A stretch of DNA of 20,000 nucleotides from Chloropicon primus (Eukaryota), in NCBI GenBank assembly GCA_023205875.1, contig CP060758.1, positions 1,098,319 through 1,118,318 of the forward strand, in the 5' to 3' direction. A program made the position numbers and the translations under genes. Numbering within the stretch: position 1 is the stretch's first letter; every line of letters begins with the position of its first letter. The notes below the pieces were generated by a model. It made no database searches and was not told the origin of the DNA. It worked only from the letters and a program-made list of their open reading frames with translations. Below, piece by piece: positions 1 to 10,658 of the stretch.

Positions 1-220
1 TTGGTTTAGGCGGCAAAGTTTGTTCTTCGCGTTTGATATTTGAAGTATTACACTTTTTTGTAGTTTGTGTTTACACTCTTCCTGTCCTGGCGGCGCGGTT
101 TCCTTCCCTGTAGTAATCCCTTGTTGCCCCGCCCTCCAGAAGAAGGCCTCCGGAGGCGAAGCCCCCGCCCCCAAGAGAGAAGAGAGCGAGAGAGCGAGCG
201 CACCCCGGGCGACCCAACAC

Positions 221-221
<1 letters not shown>

Positions 222-263
<42 letters not shown>
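222..263 (+). repeat. (AAC)14 microsatellite in the presumed 5' leader of RPS17
   Basis: Fourteen perfect AAC units ending 7 nt before the ATG at 271. A GA-rich stretch lies at ~174-200. Confidence 0.95.
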
Positions 264-264
<1 letters not shown>

Positions 265-270
265 GACAAG

Positions 271-829
271 ATGGTAAGAACAGGAACACGAGGAAGACGA
301 CGGAGAACACAAGAGTGCATGACGCAACGACTTCACTTCACAACAACAACACAACACAAACGGCCTGCCTTCCTTCCTGCAGTGAACTGACTTTTTGTTC
401 TTGGTTTTTTTGGTTTTGTGGTAGGGACGCGTGAGGACGAAGACTGTGAAGCGTGCGAGCCGCACGATCATCGAGAAGTACTACAACAGGATGACCTTGG
501 ACTTCGACATTAACAAGCGTCTTTGCGACGACGTTGCCGTCATTCAGTCCAAGAGACTGAGGAACAAGATTGCGGGGTTCGCAACCCACCTCATGAAGCG
601 TATCCAGAGAGGACCAGTCAGGGGAATCTCCCTGAAGCTTCAGGAGGAGGAGCGGGAAAGGAGACTCGACTACGTCCCTGAGGTCTCCGCCATCAACACG
701 GACAAGATCGAGGTCGACAGGGACACCATGGCTATGCTCAAGTCTCTCAACATGGGTAACCTCCCTGGCGTCCAGCTCCAGCAGAGCGGTGGATCCGGAG
801 GATACAGGGGAAGAAAGAACAACAACTAG
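271..829 (+). CDS. RPS17: 40S ribosomal protein S17 (eS17); join(271..273,425..829), 135 aa
   Basis: The spliced product [89 protein letters not shown] is the eS17 signature. ATG at 271 is followed directly by GTAAGA, and the acceptor TAG at 422-424 restores the canonical MGRVRTK start. An ATG-only first exon is also known in yeast and human RPS17. Confidence 0.97.
274..424 (+). other. Spliceosomal GT-AG intron of RPS17 (151 nt)
   Basis: Donor GTAAGA at 274, branch point ACTGAC at 386-391, T-rich tract at 392-419, acceptor TAG ending at 424. Confidence 0.93.
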
Positions 830-1220
830 ACGGGGAGGGTCCCCAGGCGGTTTTAGTGAGCCGGCCAGAACGCTCGCTCTTCTTCTTTTGTGTATATACA
901 AAACAAAAACGTTTTGCCCTCGTCTCCGTGTGGCCAGACACACACACGCACGGGAGAGACTGCCGGTGAGGAGCCGGAGGAAGGTGAGGGCCTATATTAA
1001 GTAAAAAGAGCGGGCGAGAGTCAGGTCTGACTGCCTTTGAGACAAAACCAACCAACCAGTTTAATATCTAGTTATATAGTATCCTTTCTTAAGCAAAAGC
1101 AAAAAGCAGAACAACAAAACCAAAAATAAAGCCTGTATTTTTTGGCAACGTTTATTTTCGCTCGCTCGCTTGCTTGCGTCGTGGTCGGTGTGAGCAACAA
1201 CAAGAACAACACTGGTGATG

Positions 1221-1244
1221 CGTCGTCGTCGTCGTCGTCGTCGT
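1221..1244. repeat. (CGT)8 microsatellite just 3' of the SET gene stop codon
   Basis: Eight perfect CGT units seen directly. Confidence 0.9.
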
Positions 1245-1252
1245 TTGGGTGG

Positions 1253-4200
1253 TTAGTTCAGGGTCCCCTTGCAGGTCGGGGCGCCGCACTTGCACTCGAT
1301 CTTGTTGGCAGCGTCCTCCTCCTGGAGCCTGTAGTCGAAGGTGAGCTCCTGTCCTGGCAGTATGTCGCATCTGGCGAAGAAGGCCAGGTGGGGCAAACCA
1401 GCCTTGGAGTCGTAGGCCGACTTGATGTAGCAAGAGGGGGCGCAAGAGTGGTTCATGAACCTGCCGATCGAACCGACGTCCGTGCTGTCGATGACCTGCC
1501 TCTCGTTTGCGGTGAATAGGTATAGGTCCTTGTTCTCCAGTTTGTACCTCAGCTCCCTCTGGTTCGCAACGCTGGGCCGAACGATGTCCCCGCGGTACTC
1601 CACCACGGTCTCTCCCTCCTTGATGGCGACCTTGGCGAACAGGCCCCACCCGTGGATCACAGACTTGCCAAAGGTGACCTTGGCCTTCTCCGCCGCGGAG
1701 CACTTCTGGATCTGCTCCAGGAGGGGAACCACATCGAAAACGATCGTGGGGTCCTCGCTCTCGCTCTTGGCCTTCTGCTTCTTCCTCTTCCTCTTCAACT
1801 TCGCTTCCTCGACCTGGCCAGGATTCCTCTTGCGGTAAGCCAAGCTCAGCTTGTTGATCTCTAGGCCCTCCTTGAGCAGCCACTGCATCACGGTGTACTT
1901 GTCCTCCTTCAACACCTTGGCCCTCACCTTCCTCTTCTTGGGATGCAACAGCCTCGCCCGGTTCTCAAACTCCTCCAGGGTCACCAACTCCACGCCCAGA
2001 TCCTCCGCGGCAGCGTCCTCTGCCACCGGCTCTCTCACCTCCTCCTTCGGTGCGCCGTCGGCCGCGGCCACGGGGCGTGCCGGAGACCCCAGCTCGGGGT
2101 TCTTGGACAACTCCTCCTCCCTGAACTTGGAAACCAGCGAGGCTACCTCCTCCTCGGACGGGGAATCGCACGACAGAAGATTGACAGTGTCGTCGTGGTA
2201 TTCCGCAACAAATTCGATCAATTCCGTCACCTTTGTTCGGATAACCGTGTGAAGCTCATCTTCCGGCATCAAAGTGACGGAATCAGACAACGAGACGGGG
2301 TCGTTGGCGGGTTTCGGGCTCCCTTCCCCGCCTTGCAGCTTTGGCATGGCCGAGGCAGGTGTCCCGGCGGCTTTCCTCGGCACCTCGACTCGTCTCGTGT
2401 GCACATGAAAAATCCCGCGCATGCCATTGCACACGATGTAGATCGCGTCCGGAATTTTGCCAATCCTTGGCTTCCTGTAATCCCCTTCCTTGGCGAGCCA
2501 CTGGACCTTCTCCACAACCATTCTGGGCTCGAACCACTCGAAGCTCCCGTCGTCGTAAATGATCCTGAGCCTGCCATCCAGGAAGTTGAAATCGTCCACG
2601 ACACCATAGTAGAAAGAGTCGTCCTCCCACTCCACGGACACACGCCATCCCACGCAAAACAGTCCGAGGCAAAGGGGGTGGAACAGAGATCCCTCCTGCC
2701 TGAACAGAAGCTCAAAGGGAGGCCGCCTTTTCCTCTTGGCCGTCAGCTGAGGCTGAAACAAGTCCTTCCACTTGATCACCTCGTCCCCGAATTTGATGGA
2801 CCGCATCAGGGTAACCGGGGCGGCAGTTGGCAGGGCCGAGACTTTCAGATACGCCGGCGGCGGCTTCAAGACCGCCACATGCAACACGGACTTGTCCAAA
2901 TCAAAGCCCTCCACAGTGCAAGTCAGGGTTTTGCTGCCAGGAAGAGAGTGACTGAGCTTGAGCTCGGCGCCAACAACGCCCTTGCCAGGGAACATGCCGA
3001 GAAACGCTTTGAATTCCATCATCTGGATCAAGCGGTTGACAACCCAAGGCACAACCTCCTCTGCCGTGGTCGGCTCCACGGGTCGCTGAGCAGCTTTCTT
3101 CGCCTCTTCTTCCTCTTCGACGCCCTTGGCCACCGCTTCCACGACTGCATCGACGAAAGACTTCACGGCCGCGTCAACCTCGGCATCTTCTGCGGCTACA
3201 TTGTCCTTCTGATCGCCGCCGCTCTCCTTGTTCATGGCGTTGGCATCGTCCTCGGGTCCTTGCACGGCCACGGGGTGCTTCTGCAGCCACTGCTCTGCGG
3301 TCCATGCCTTGAAGCTCGGAATTTTCTTTTCCTTGCTGGGAAACTTGACCCTGTAGGCAAGACCACGCACGAAGGCTTGCTTGCCGGTACGAGGCCTTCG
3401 CTCTGCCCTCTGGTTGTTCATTGTGGGCCTGACGTCAATCGGAATGTTCTTCCTGGACCGGCTGAATCTGCTCGACTCGAAACCATTTTCAAGCAGCCAG
3501 ATCCCCACCGTTTGCTGCGTCTGGTCGACCTCCTTGCTCATGTGGATGCTCTTCTTCCACTCGCTAGGCTCCCAACCATGACCTGCCAGTTCCACAAACA
3601 TTTCTGGAGTCAAGTAAAGGCCGAGGAAGCTCACTTCTTTGGAAGACGTGCAAAGGTGACCAGTCAAGCCATTGCACTCGACAGGAACGATCGTTGGCTG
3701 CTTGATCCGCTCCTCGCTCCACTCAAATTTCTCTTTGCCGAAATCAAGCCACTCCTTCATTCCATCGTCGTACCAGACGTGAACTTTGCCATCAAACGGG
3801 TTGTAGGCCCCGACTTGGCCATAGTAGAACTGCTTGTCATCCTCCCACCAGATACCAACCCTCTTGCCTACGCAGTGCCCCAAGTCCTTCCGCGGCGGCG
3901 CCTCCTCGTCCATGCCGGGCAAAGTTGCGGGGCCAGAAGAAGACGACTCTGAAAGATTCATCTCCCACCTTATCTTCTGATCCGTCAACTTCAGCCACTC
4001 CAGGTACCCCGTCTGATACTCGATCCTGTGAACATCGTGCTCCCTACTATACGCCACAACTTTAGCAGAGTGCCACTTGTCTTCCTCGGACCAAAAAATC
4101 GAAAATTTCTGCCCAACCACGGCCATTCCCAGCTGCCTGCGAAGGGTCTGCTTGTCATCGACCAAGGCAGCCTCGCTCTCCCCGGGTGGCTTCTTTTCTA

Positions 4201-7200
4201 TGTCCCCAGAAGCAATTCCAGTGTCTTGGCCCACGACCTGCTGCAGTATGCCTGCCAAGACTTCTTGGATAGCTCTCTCGTCGCCGTCCTCTTGCGAGGG
4301 CTCGGGCGACTTCTCTGACAAGTCAGTCTCCGTGCCTTGGGTCGCACCACCTTCATCGGGGCCACACTCTGTCGGCTCCACAACTGACGGGTCTTTCACT
4401 GATTGAGCCACATCGTCGTGTGCACTAACCTGCTGGACTATTTCCTCGACTATCTCAGTCACGGCATTTTCGACCTCGTGATGCTCCATGCGTGCTCTCC
4501 ATTGCTCGTACTGTTCCCTTCGCCTCGTGTTCATCAAAAGTCTGAAGAGCTGCTCTTTTTCCAACTTGAATTGACCAAGCCAGTCACTCATGGGTAGTGC
4601 AGGATCCCCAGCCTCGTTGCAAGCCCACAAAGACGTCTTCCACTTCTTCGCATGGGATTTCCCCCCCACCTTCTCGAAGATGGATGGCGGAAGAGTTTTG
4701 CCATCGTACAACACGTTCTGAGTACGAACGTTCATAACGCCAAAGGCTTTGCCGCAGCAGACTTTGATCTCCTCTGGGCAACCTTCTGGAAGGGGAAGCA
4801 GCTCAACTGGTTTTGTCACCCACGATTTTCTTGCTCTGCCATTGGACTTGGGCAGCTTAGCTTTGGTCTCTTTGGGAGGAAGCGCAACCTCCACGACGGG
4901 CAGCGGCTCTGGTATCCAGAATCCCTTGGTGCTGCTGATGCCTCGGCCGCTTCCCTTGGCCTCCCTCTCCCAACCAAGAGAGCGATCCAAGGGTTCCAAT
5001 CTCGAGCACCCGCTTGGGCATTTGATGTCAAGGGGCGGCAGGTCAATGTGAAAGACGTACTGCGAGGGATCCGTCAAGCACTTCTTCCCTTCTATCTCAA
5101 CTTCACTTGTCGCAGGGAGCAATCCCTTGCCCGGTTTTATCTCTTTGCTGTGTCTCGCGCAGTAGGCCCGGCATTCAATCGTCCCATTCTCTGTCTCGAT
5201 GGTCTCCATCTCAAAGCCTTTCATCCTCGCGCAGAGTGGATGGAAAGCGACGTAGCAGCTGTCGCACTGGATGATTACACCCTGCTCGACTTTACAAATC
5301 GAACATTTCTTCGTCCACCGGTCTTTGTGGATGTGCTGGACTCTAGCGATGGGTTCTACTCGCTCCTGGTCAAGGACGGTTAGCTCTGGGATCCACTGGC
5401 AGCAGGCAACATGGCACCAGTGACCCTTAATGGTCGTTGGCTTTAGGGCCCCTCCCTCCACTGGGCAAACGCAGCACTGCGGCGCCTTTTCCCCCTTTTT
5501 CTGGTTCTCGCATGCTCTGCACAGCCAGACATCATCAAGAGCAGGACGCTTCATGACCCCATAACAGAATTGGTGTACAGTGACCCCACAAGCCGTACAA
5601 GTGATGAACTGGTTGAAATCATAGTCGTAGTCAAGGTTGCAGACTGAGCAGTGGTCTTTCGCCCACCTCGCCCTCACAGGAGTGAATGACTTGAGGTTCA
5701 CGGCATTCCATGGCCCCTTGGCCCTTCTCGGCGCAGATGAATCGATCCCACTTTGAGTTTTTGAAGGGGCGAGCTTCTCTGCTGCCGGCTTCTTCTTCTT
5801 CTTCTCAGAGCCCGCCGAGGCTTTGGCGAGGTATTCGCCTTGGAGATGCGCTCCAAGCTCCGTCCAGGCATTCTTCACAGCTTCCTCCTCCTCGTTGACG
5901 GACCGTATCGAGAAGCCCTTTTTCTTTCTGGCTTGCACCAAATAGTCCACAGCAAAAAGACGCTTTGCCTCCATTTGCAACTTGGTGCCCTGGTTGAGGA
6001 AGGTCACGCCCTTTGAGAACTTGGAAGCCTTGCGGTGCTTGGTGAATATCTCTCGACAAATGACGCACTTGTACGGGACCTCGCTGTTCGGGTTCTTGGC
6101 CTGCATTGCGATCACGTTCGCCGCCTCAGGATCGCACCTCCCGTGAATCCAACTGTTGCAAGAGTCGCAGCACGCCATGTCCTTCTCAGTCGGCAAGTAC
6201 AAGTCCTCACAAACTTTGCAAAAATCTCCATTCTCATAGCAATTCTTGCACGATCTGCAGAGGTTCGTCCAGCGGCGCGCCTCGTGAGAAACCCCACCCT
6301 TCAGCACGCAGTTACAGCTCTTGCATCTGGGAGTTCCATCGTCAACCACGACTTTCTCGGCTCCGGGCTCTGCCTGATCAGGAGGGGGCACATCAACCTC
6401 CTCAACGCCCTGGCAATCCTCTCCCCTCTGAATCCTTTCCGCGATATCAATGGCCTTGAAGTAGTTGCAAGATTTGTGGGACTTTGTGATCCTTTGGGTT
6501 CTGAAATTTTCCACGTATTCCTTGAAAGGCAAAATGTCGCCCTTTCCAATCCAGCCGTAGTCCGCTCCCCTCTGCTCCTTAGAGCTCGGGCCAAGATAAA
6601 TGACGCTGAGCGTCTTTACTTTCCTCAGCCTCTTCACAGCATCTGGGAGCTGATTGAGATCGACGATCTGGGCCGGCCAGAAAGGGCATCCTCTGCTCTT
6701 GGCCCACACGATGTCATTCACTTCGAAATGCTCGAGGGGCACCACAGGTAGTTTCTCCTCCACCTTTGCGACTTGGACCGGAGGTTCCTCCCTTTTGGCT
6801 TTCTTTGGTTTGCTTCCATTCGTAGGGTAGCCAAAGTCTTCGATGACCTTTGGTTTCGGGACCCTGAGGCCGGCGGCTATCCTCTTCTTCATGGCTGCAG
6901 ACAATTCCTCCTCCTTGGCCTTAGCCTTTGCCGCCTTTTCCTCCGCAGTCTCCTCTGGTTTTTTCCTTTTCACCGTTTTGCCCACTTTGGCTTGGGCACT
7001 GGCATCGCCCGCCTTCCCCTTCTTTAGCTTACCGTCCTTGTAGACGTAACCCAAAGCACTGCAAGCCTGCTGGATGGCCATCTCCCTTTGTGTCACCAAC
7101 TTCGGATTCCTTTGCTTCTTCTTTAATGCCTTGGTGGTGGTGGTGCTTTTGTCCAACGACGCGTGTTCCTCGAAGTGATCGAGAAACGGCACAACTTGGG

Positions 7201-8814
7201 AGGAATCGACGACGCCTCGATCCCTGACATCCTTTCCGAAGAAAAGGATAGAGACCCTCTTATTCTTGCTGCTTTGGCCACCGTTCATGGCCTCGTCAGG
7301 ATCCACCAGCTTCTCGCAGGGCCACCAAGGATACCCCTTCATTCTGGCCCAAACAATGTCCTCGGGCCTCGCCCTGACAAGCTGCTGCATCTTCCTCTGA
7401 GCCTTGGCAACTTCTTTCCGCGGAGACTTGACCTTCTTTTTTGGCATGGACTCGGGGTCAACGACTCGGTACTTTGTGTCCCCGGCATCCAAGTCCACGT
7501 ACTCGATCAGCAGGTCCTCCTCATACTGAACGCAGTGCTTGAACTTCTTGCTCTTGCCTTCCTGCTTGTGAGCAATTACGGTCGCGGAGCAAAACTTTTT
7601 GAGGTCGTCAAACCAGATCTCAACCCTCGTGCGAACGGGGTGAAATGTCCGGCTCTTCTTCTTCATCCTCTTCTTCTCCTTGTCCTTGCCTCCCTCCTCC
7701 TTGGCTTGCTTCACTGCACTCGCCGCGGCAACCTTTCTCTTCTTCGGCGCCCCCTTCACCTCAACCAGCCGGTATACCGTGCCCCCGTCATGCAGATCGA
7801 CGGGCTCTTCGTCCCCATCGTCGTACCTGATGTGGTGAAGCTCCCCCTTCCCCTTCTTCTTCTTCGTCACCATGACGACGGTTCCGGGATAGTACTGAGG
7901 GGGGTTATCGAACAAAACCTCGAGCCTCGTTCCCACGGGCAAAGATCCAGGCTCTGCTGCCCCCTGCGCATCCTGGTCCGTCGCCTTGGTCTTCCGCTTT
8001 CCCCCGGTCCGGTTCCTCTTCTGATCTCCGCTCTCCACTTTGCTCTTTCTTCCCCTCTTCTTGCCCGTCTTCAGCGGTCCCGTCTCCGTGTCGTCGCTGC
8101 CCTCCGGGAGCAGGCGGTACATCGTTTCCCTGGAGCGAGGGTCGAGGTCATCCTCGTCCCCATCGTCGTACCTGACGTGGTACAGCTGCCTGCCCCGGGC
8201 CTCGACCTTGGCCTCAATAGTCCCCGGGTACCAGCCGCCTGGCAGGGAGCCACCGGCCTCGAAGTGCACCTCCACCCTCCGTCCCACCAGGTCCGCCTCC
8301 TCCACCACCCGGAACGTCGTGGCATCGGCGTGCAGGTCCTCCTCCCCCACCTCGCCGTCGTCGTACCTGATGCTGTAGATTCCCGTCTCCCAATCGAACG
8401 CGGTGACCACGCCACCAAAGTACTGCTTCGGGTTGTCCCACAGGATCTCAACCCGGGTCTCCACAGGAACGAGATCCGAGGAGCCGGCAGAACCCCCTGC
8501 GGCAGCGTGTTCAAGGGGCGCCGGAACCGCCGCCTCGGCCACCTCACCCACGACCTCGTCGAGCAGCTGGACAATCTCCCCGTTCCCTCTACCGCCGTCC
8601 TCTGTCGTCGACGGGACGGCCGACGGGACCTCCACCACTCTCACACGGCTGTGCTTCGCTACCCCCCCCTCGCTCCCGCTCGTGCTCGCGTTCTGGTTGG
8701 TGTCCTCCCTCCGCTCGTCCTCGCGTCCGTTCGAAGGAACTTCCGCTTCGTTCTCCTCCTCCTTCTCCCCTCTTCCACCTTCGCGTTCGCGTTCGCCCAC
8801 AACAAAGCAACCGT

Positions 8815-8845
<31 letters not shown>

Positions 8846-9010
8846 CTTCTTCTTCTTCTTCGTGTTCGTGTTCGTGTTCGTTTGTTGTTGCTTGGCGATC
8901 ATCTTCCTTTGTTTTTGTTTTTGTTTTTGTTGTTGCTCCTCTCCTCCAGGTGGAGGTTGTGGTGGTGTTCCCCTCCCCCCTCCCCCTTCCTCCGTCCCCG
9001 TGTCCACCAT
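1253..9010 (-). CDS. Trithorax/ATX-like histone-lysine N-methyltransferase (probable H3K4) with Tudor x7-8, PWWP x2, PHD x2 plus ePHD, SAND-like x3, SET and post-SET; 2585 aa, apparently intronless
   Basis: Uninterrupted ORF with first ATG at 9010 (the track start at 9070 is TTG). SET motifs KSVIHGWGLFA, RFMNHSCAP and ELTFDY, and post-SET CKCGAPTCKG (~1685-1265). PWWP motifs IVWARMKGYPWWP (~7360) and IVWAKSRGCPFWP (~6715). PHDs at ~6230-6055 and ~5655-5510; ePHD CCVCPVEGGALKPT...WCHVAC...FHPLCAR...YCARH at ~5480-5150. Repeated Tudor-like 'VG.RV.I.W.....Y.G.V......H.I.YDDG' units. PWWP-PHD-PHD-ePHD-SET is the plant ATX layout. The start codon is not certain. Confidence 0.9.
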
Positions 9011-9086
9011 CCCTCCTCTCCTCTCCGGCACTGTCCTCGCCGTCCCTTCACTGACTCGCTCTCCCGCCAAGGCGAAGAGCTAAAAA

Positions 9087-10409
9087 ATGGCGGGAGACGA
9101 CGCCGCGGAGGAGGGGAAGGAGGGGGAGGGGAAGGCCTGGACCAGGGACAAGATCCAGACAAGGCTCAATGCGAGTGTGCTGGCGGTCGCCAGGAGGGAC
9201 GGAGGCGGAGGGGAACAACAACAACAACAACAACAAGACTTGTGGGGGAACGTGGTGGCCGTCGGCTTGTACCAGCTCAGGAGCGAGGAGGGGGAGGCGG
9301 GTGGAGATGGGGAGACGAAGAAGCAATTCAGGACGGGGGGGCTGCAGCTCTTCAGGTGGGGAACTGGGAACGAGGATCGGGGCCGTCCCGAGTCCGAGGC
9401 TCCCGGAAACCCGCAGCAGGTTCATCCTCACCCTGGGGGGAGGAGGTTCACCCCCATCGGCTTGGGCTCCCCCGGGGGAGTCGAGGTGATCGACACGAGG
9501 AGCGGGATTTTCGAGATCAAGTGGTTCCGCCGGGAGAGCCCGGCCGCGCGCTCCGTGGCCCTGGCGAAGGCGGGCGGCCACGTCTCCGTCCACCGGGTCG
9601 TGTTGGAGAGGACGGAGGGAGGCGTCGTGGTCGGGGGGGAGGAGGAGGTCGCCTCCTGCTCGCTCACGGACGACAGGGACGGGGTGTTCTGCCTCTGCGT
9701 GGACGTTGGCGGCGCTCAGGGGCCGGGGGACGCTCCAGGGTCGGCCTCCCTGGCCGCGTCCACGTCGGACGGCCTCCTGCACCTGCTGGCGTGCGACGGG
9801 CCGAGCATCCGGCCGGTGTGCCAGTGGGAGGCCCACGCCCTCGAGCCCTGGGCCGTGTGCTTCGACAAGCGCGACCCGAACCTGATCTTTTCGGGGGCGG
9901 ACGACTCCGTCCTGCAGTGCTGGGACGCGAGGGCCGCCGGCCCGGCGTCCGACCCCCTCAAGGTGTTCGCCAGGAGGGGTGTCCACGAGGCCGGGGTGTG
10001 CTGCATCAGGACGCACGAGGCCGGGGGGGACCACTTCCTGACCAGCAGCTACGACGAGAGGATCCGGCTGTGGGACCGGAGGAACTTGGCGAGGCCCGTG
10101 GTGGCCCAGGAGGTCGAGACGGGGGGCGGGGTGTGGAGGATGGACTGGTGCCCGAGCGACCCGTCCCTGCTCCTGGGGGCCTGCATGCACGGGGGGTGCA
10201 AGGCCCTGGAGGTCGACCTCGCGGGGGGTCGCCTGTCCCCGTTGGCCGAGTACACCGCGCACGAGTCCATCGCCTACGGGGTGGGCTTCCTGGGCGAGAC
10301 CACGGCGAGGGGGGGGGCGACGAGGGTGGAGGTTGCCTCCTGCAGCTTTTACGACAACCAGCTCCACGGCTGGGAGTTCGAGGTGCCGTCTTCTTCTGAC
10401 TTGGCTTGA
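9087..10409 (+). CDS. DPH7: Diphthamide biosynthesis WD40 protein Dph7 (WDR85/Rrt2-like), 440 aa
   Basis: Family-typical motifs VGLYQL, GIFEIKW, AHALEPW, FSGADD...WDAR, HEAGVCCI, TSSYDERIRLWDRRN, GGGVWR..W.P, LGACMHGG, HESIAYG and ASCSFYDN.LH.W. Confidence 0.9.
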   Translation: MAGDDAAEEGKEGEGKAWTRDKIQTRLNASVLAVARRDGGGGEQQQQQQQDLWGNVVAVGLYQLRSEEGEAGGDGETKKQFRTGGLQLFRWGTGNEDRGRPESEAPGNPQQVHPHPGGRRFTPIGLGSPGGVEVIDTRSGIFEIKWFRRESPAARSVALAKAGGHVSVHRVVLERTEGGVVVGGEEEVASCSLTDDRDGVFCLCVDVGGAQGPGDAPGSASLAASTSDGLLHLLACDGPSIRPVCQWEAHALEPWAVCFDKRDPNLIFSGADDSVLQCWDARAAGPASDPLKVFARRGVHEAGVCCIRTHEAGGDHFLTSSYDERIRLWDRRNLARPVVAQEVETGGGVWRMDWCPSDPSLLLGACMHGGCKALEVDLAGGRLSPLAEYTAHESIAYGVGFLGETTARGGATRVEVASCSFYDNQLHGWEFEVPSSSDLA

Positions 10410-10658
10410 GAGCGTGGATCTTCGATCTTCGAGTGTGGTGGACGACTGACAATGGAAAGAGCTTGTGCTTCTCTCCCTCCTCCTCCGATTCTATTTTAAT
10501 TTGCTACTAATGTGGGCTTGTGCCGCTTCAAGTACTTGCGGATGTCCATCGTCCATCGATCTTTTGCGCTCCGTAACGCATCATGCCCCTGGCCCGTTAC
10601 CCTCAGGTGGGTTTTTGAAAACCTCCTTTTTTCCCTCCAAAAAAAAACTCGAAAAACC

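Noticed and set aside
1..10. GGTTTAGG telo-box-like motif upstream of RPS17
   Set aside because: A single short match at the window edge that cannot be distinguished from chance.
314..391. Possible intronic C/D snoRNA in the RPS17 intron (ATGACG ... CTGA)
   Set aside because: No proper RUGAUGA box C or terminal stem. The CTGA belongs to the ACTGAC branch point.
960..1060. Possible 3'-UTR intron or small RNA gene between RPS17 and the SET gene (GTGAGG, CTGAC, TATATTAA)
   Set aside because: Motifs are short, there is no pyrimidine tract, and no RNA family is recognisable. It cannot be supported without transcripts.
7163..10399. 1078-aa plus-strand ORF spanning the SET gene 5' part and DPH7
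   Set aside because: It is an antisense shadow of the SET gene running into an alternative frame of DPH7. Stops are rare because of high GC3, and there are no recognisable motifs.
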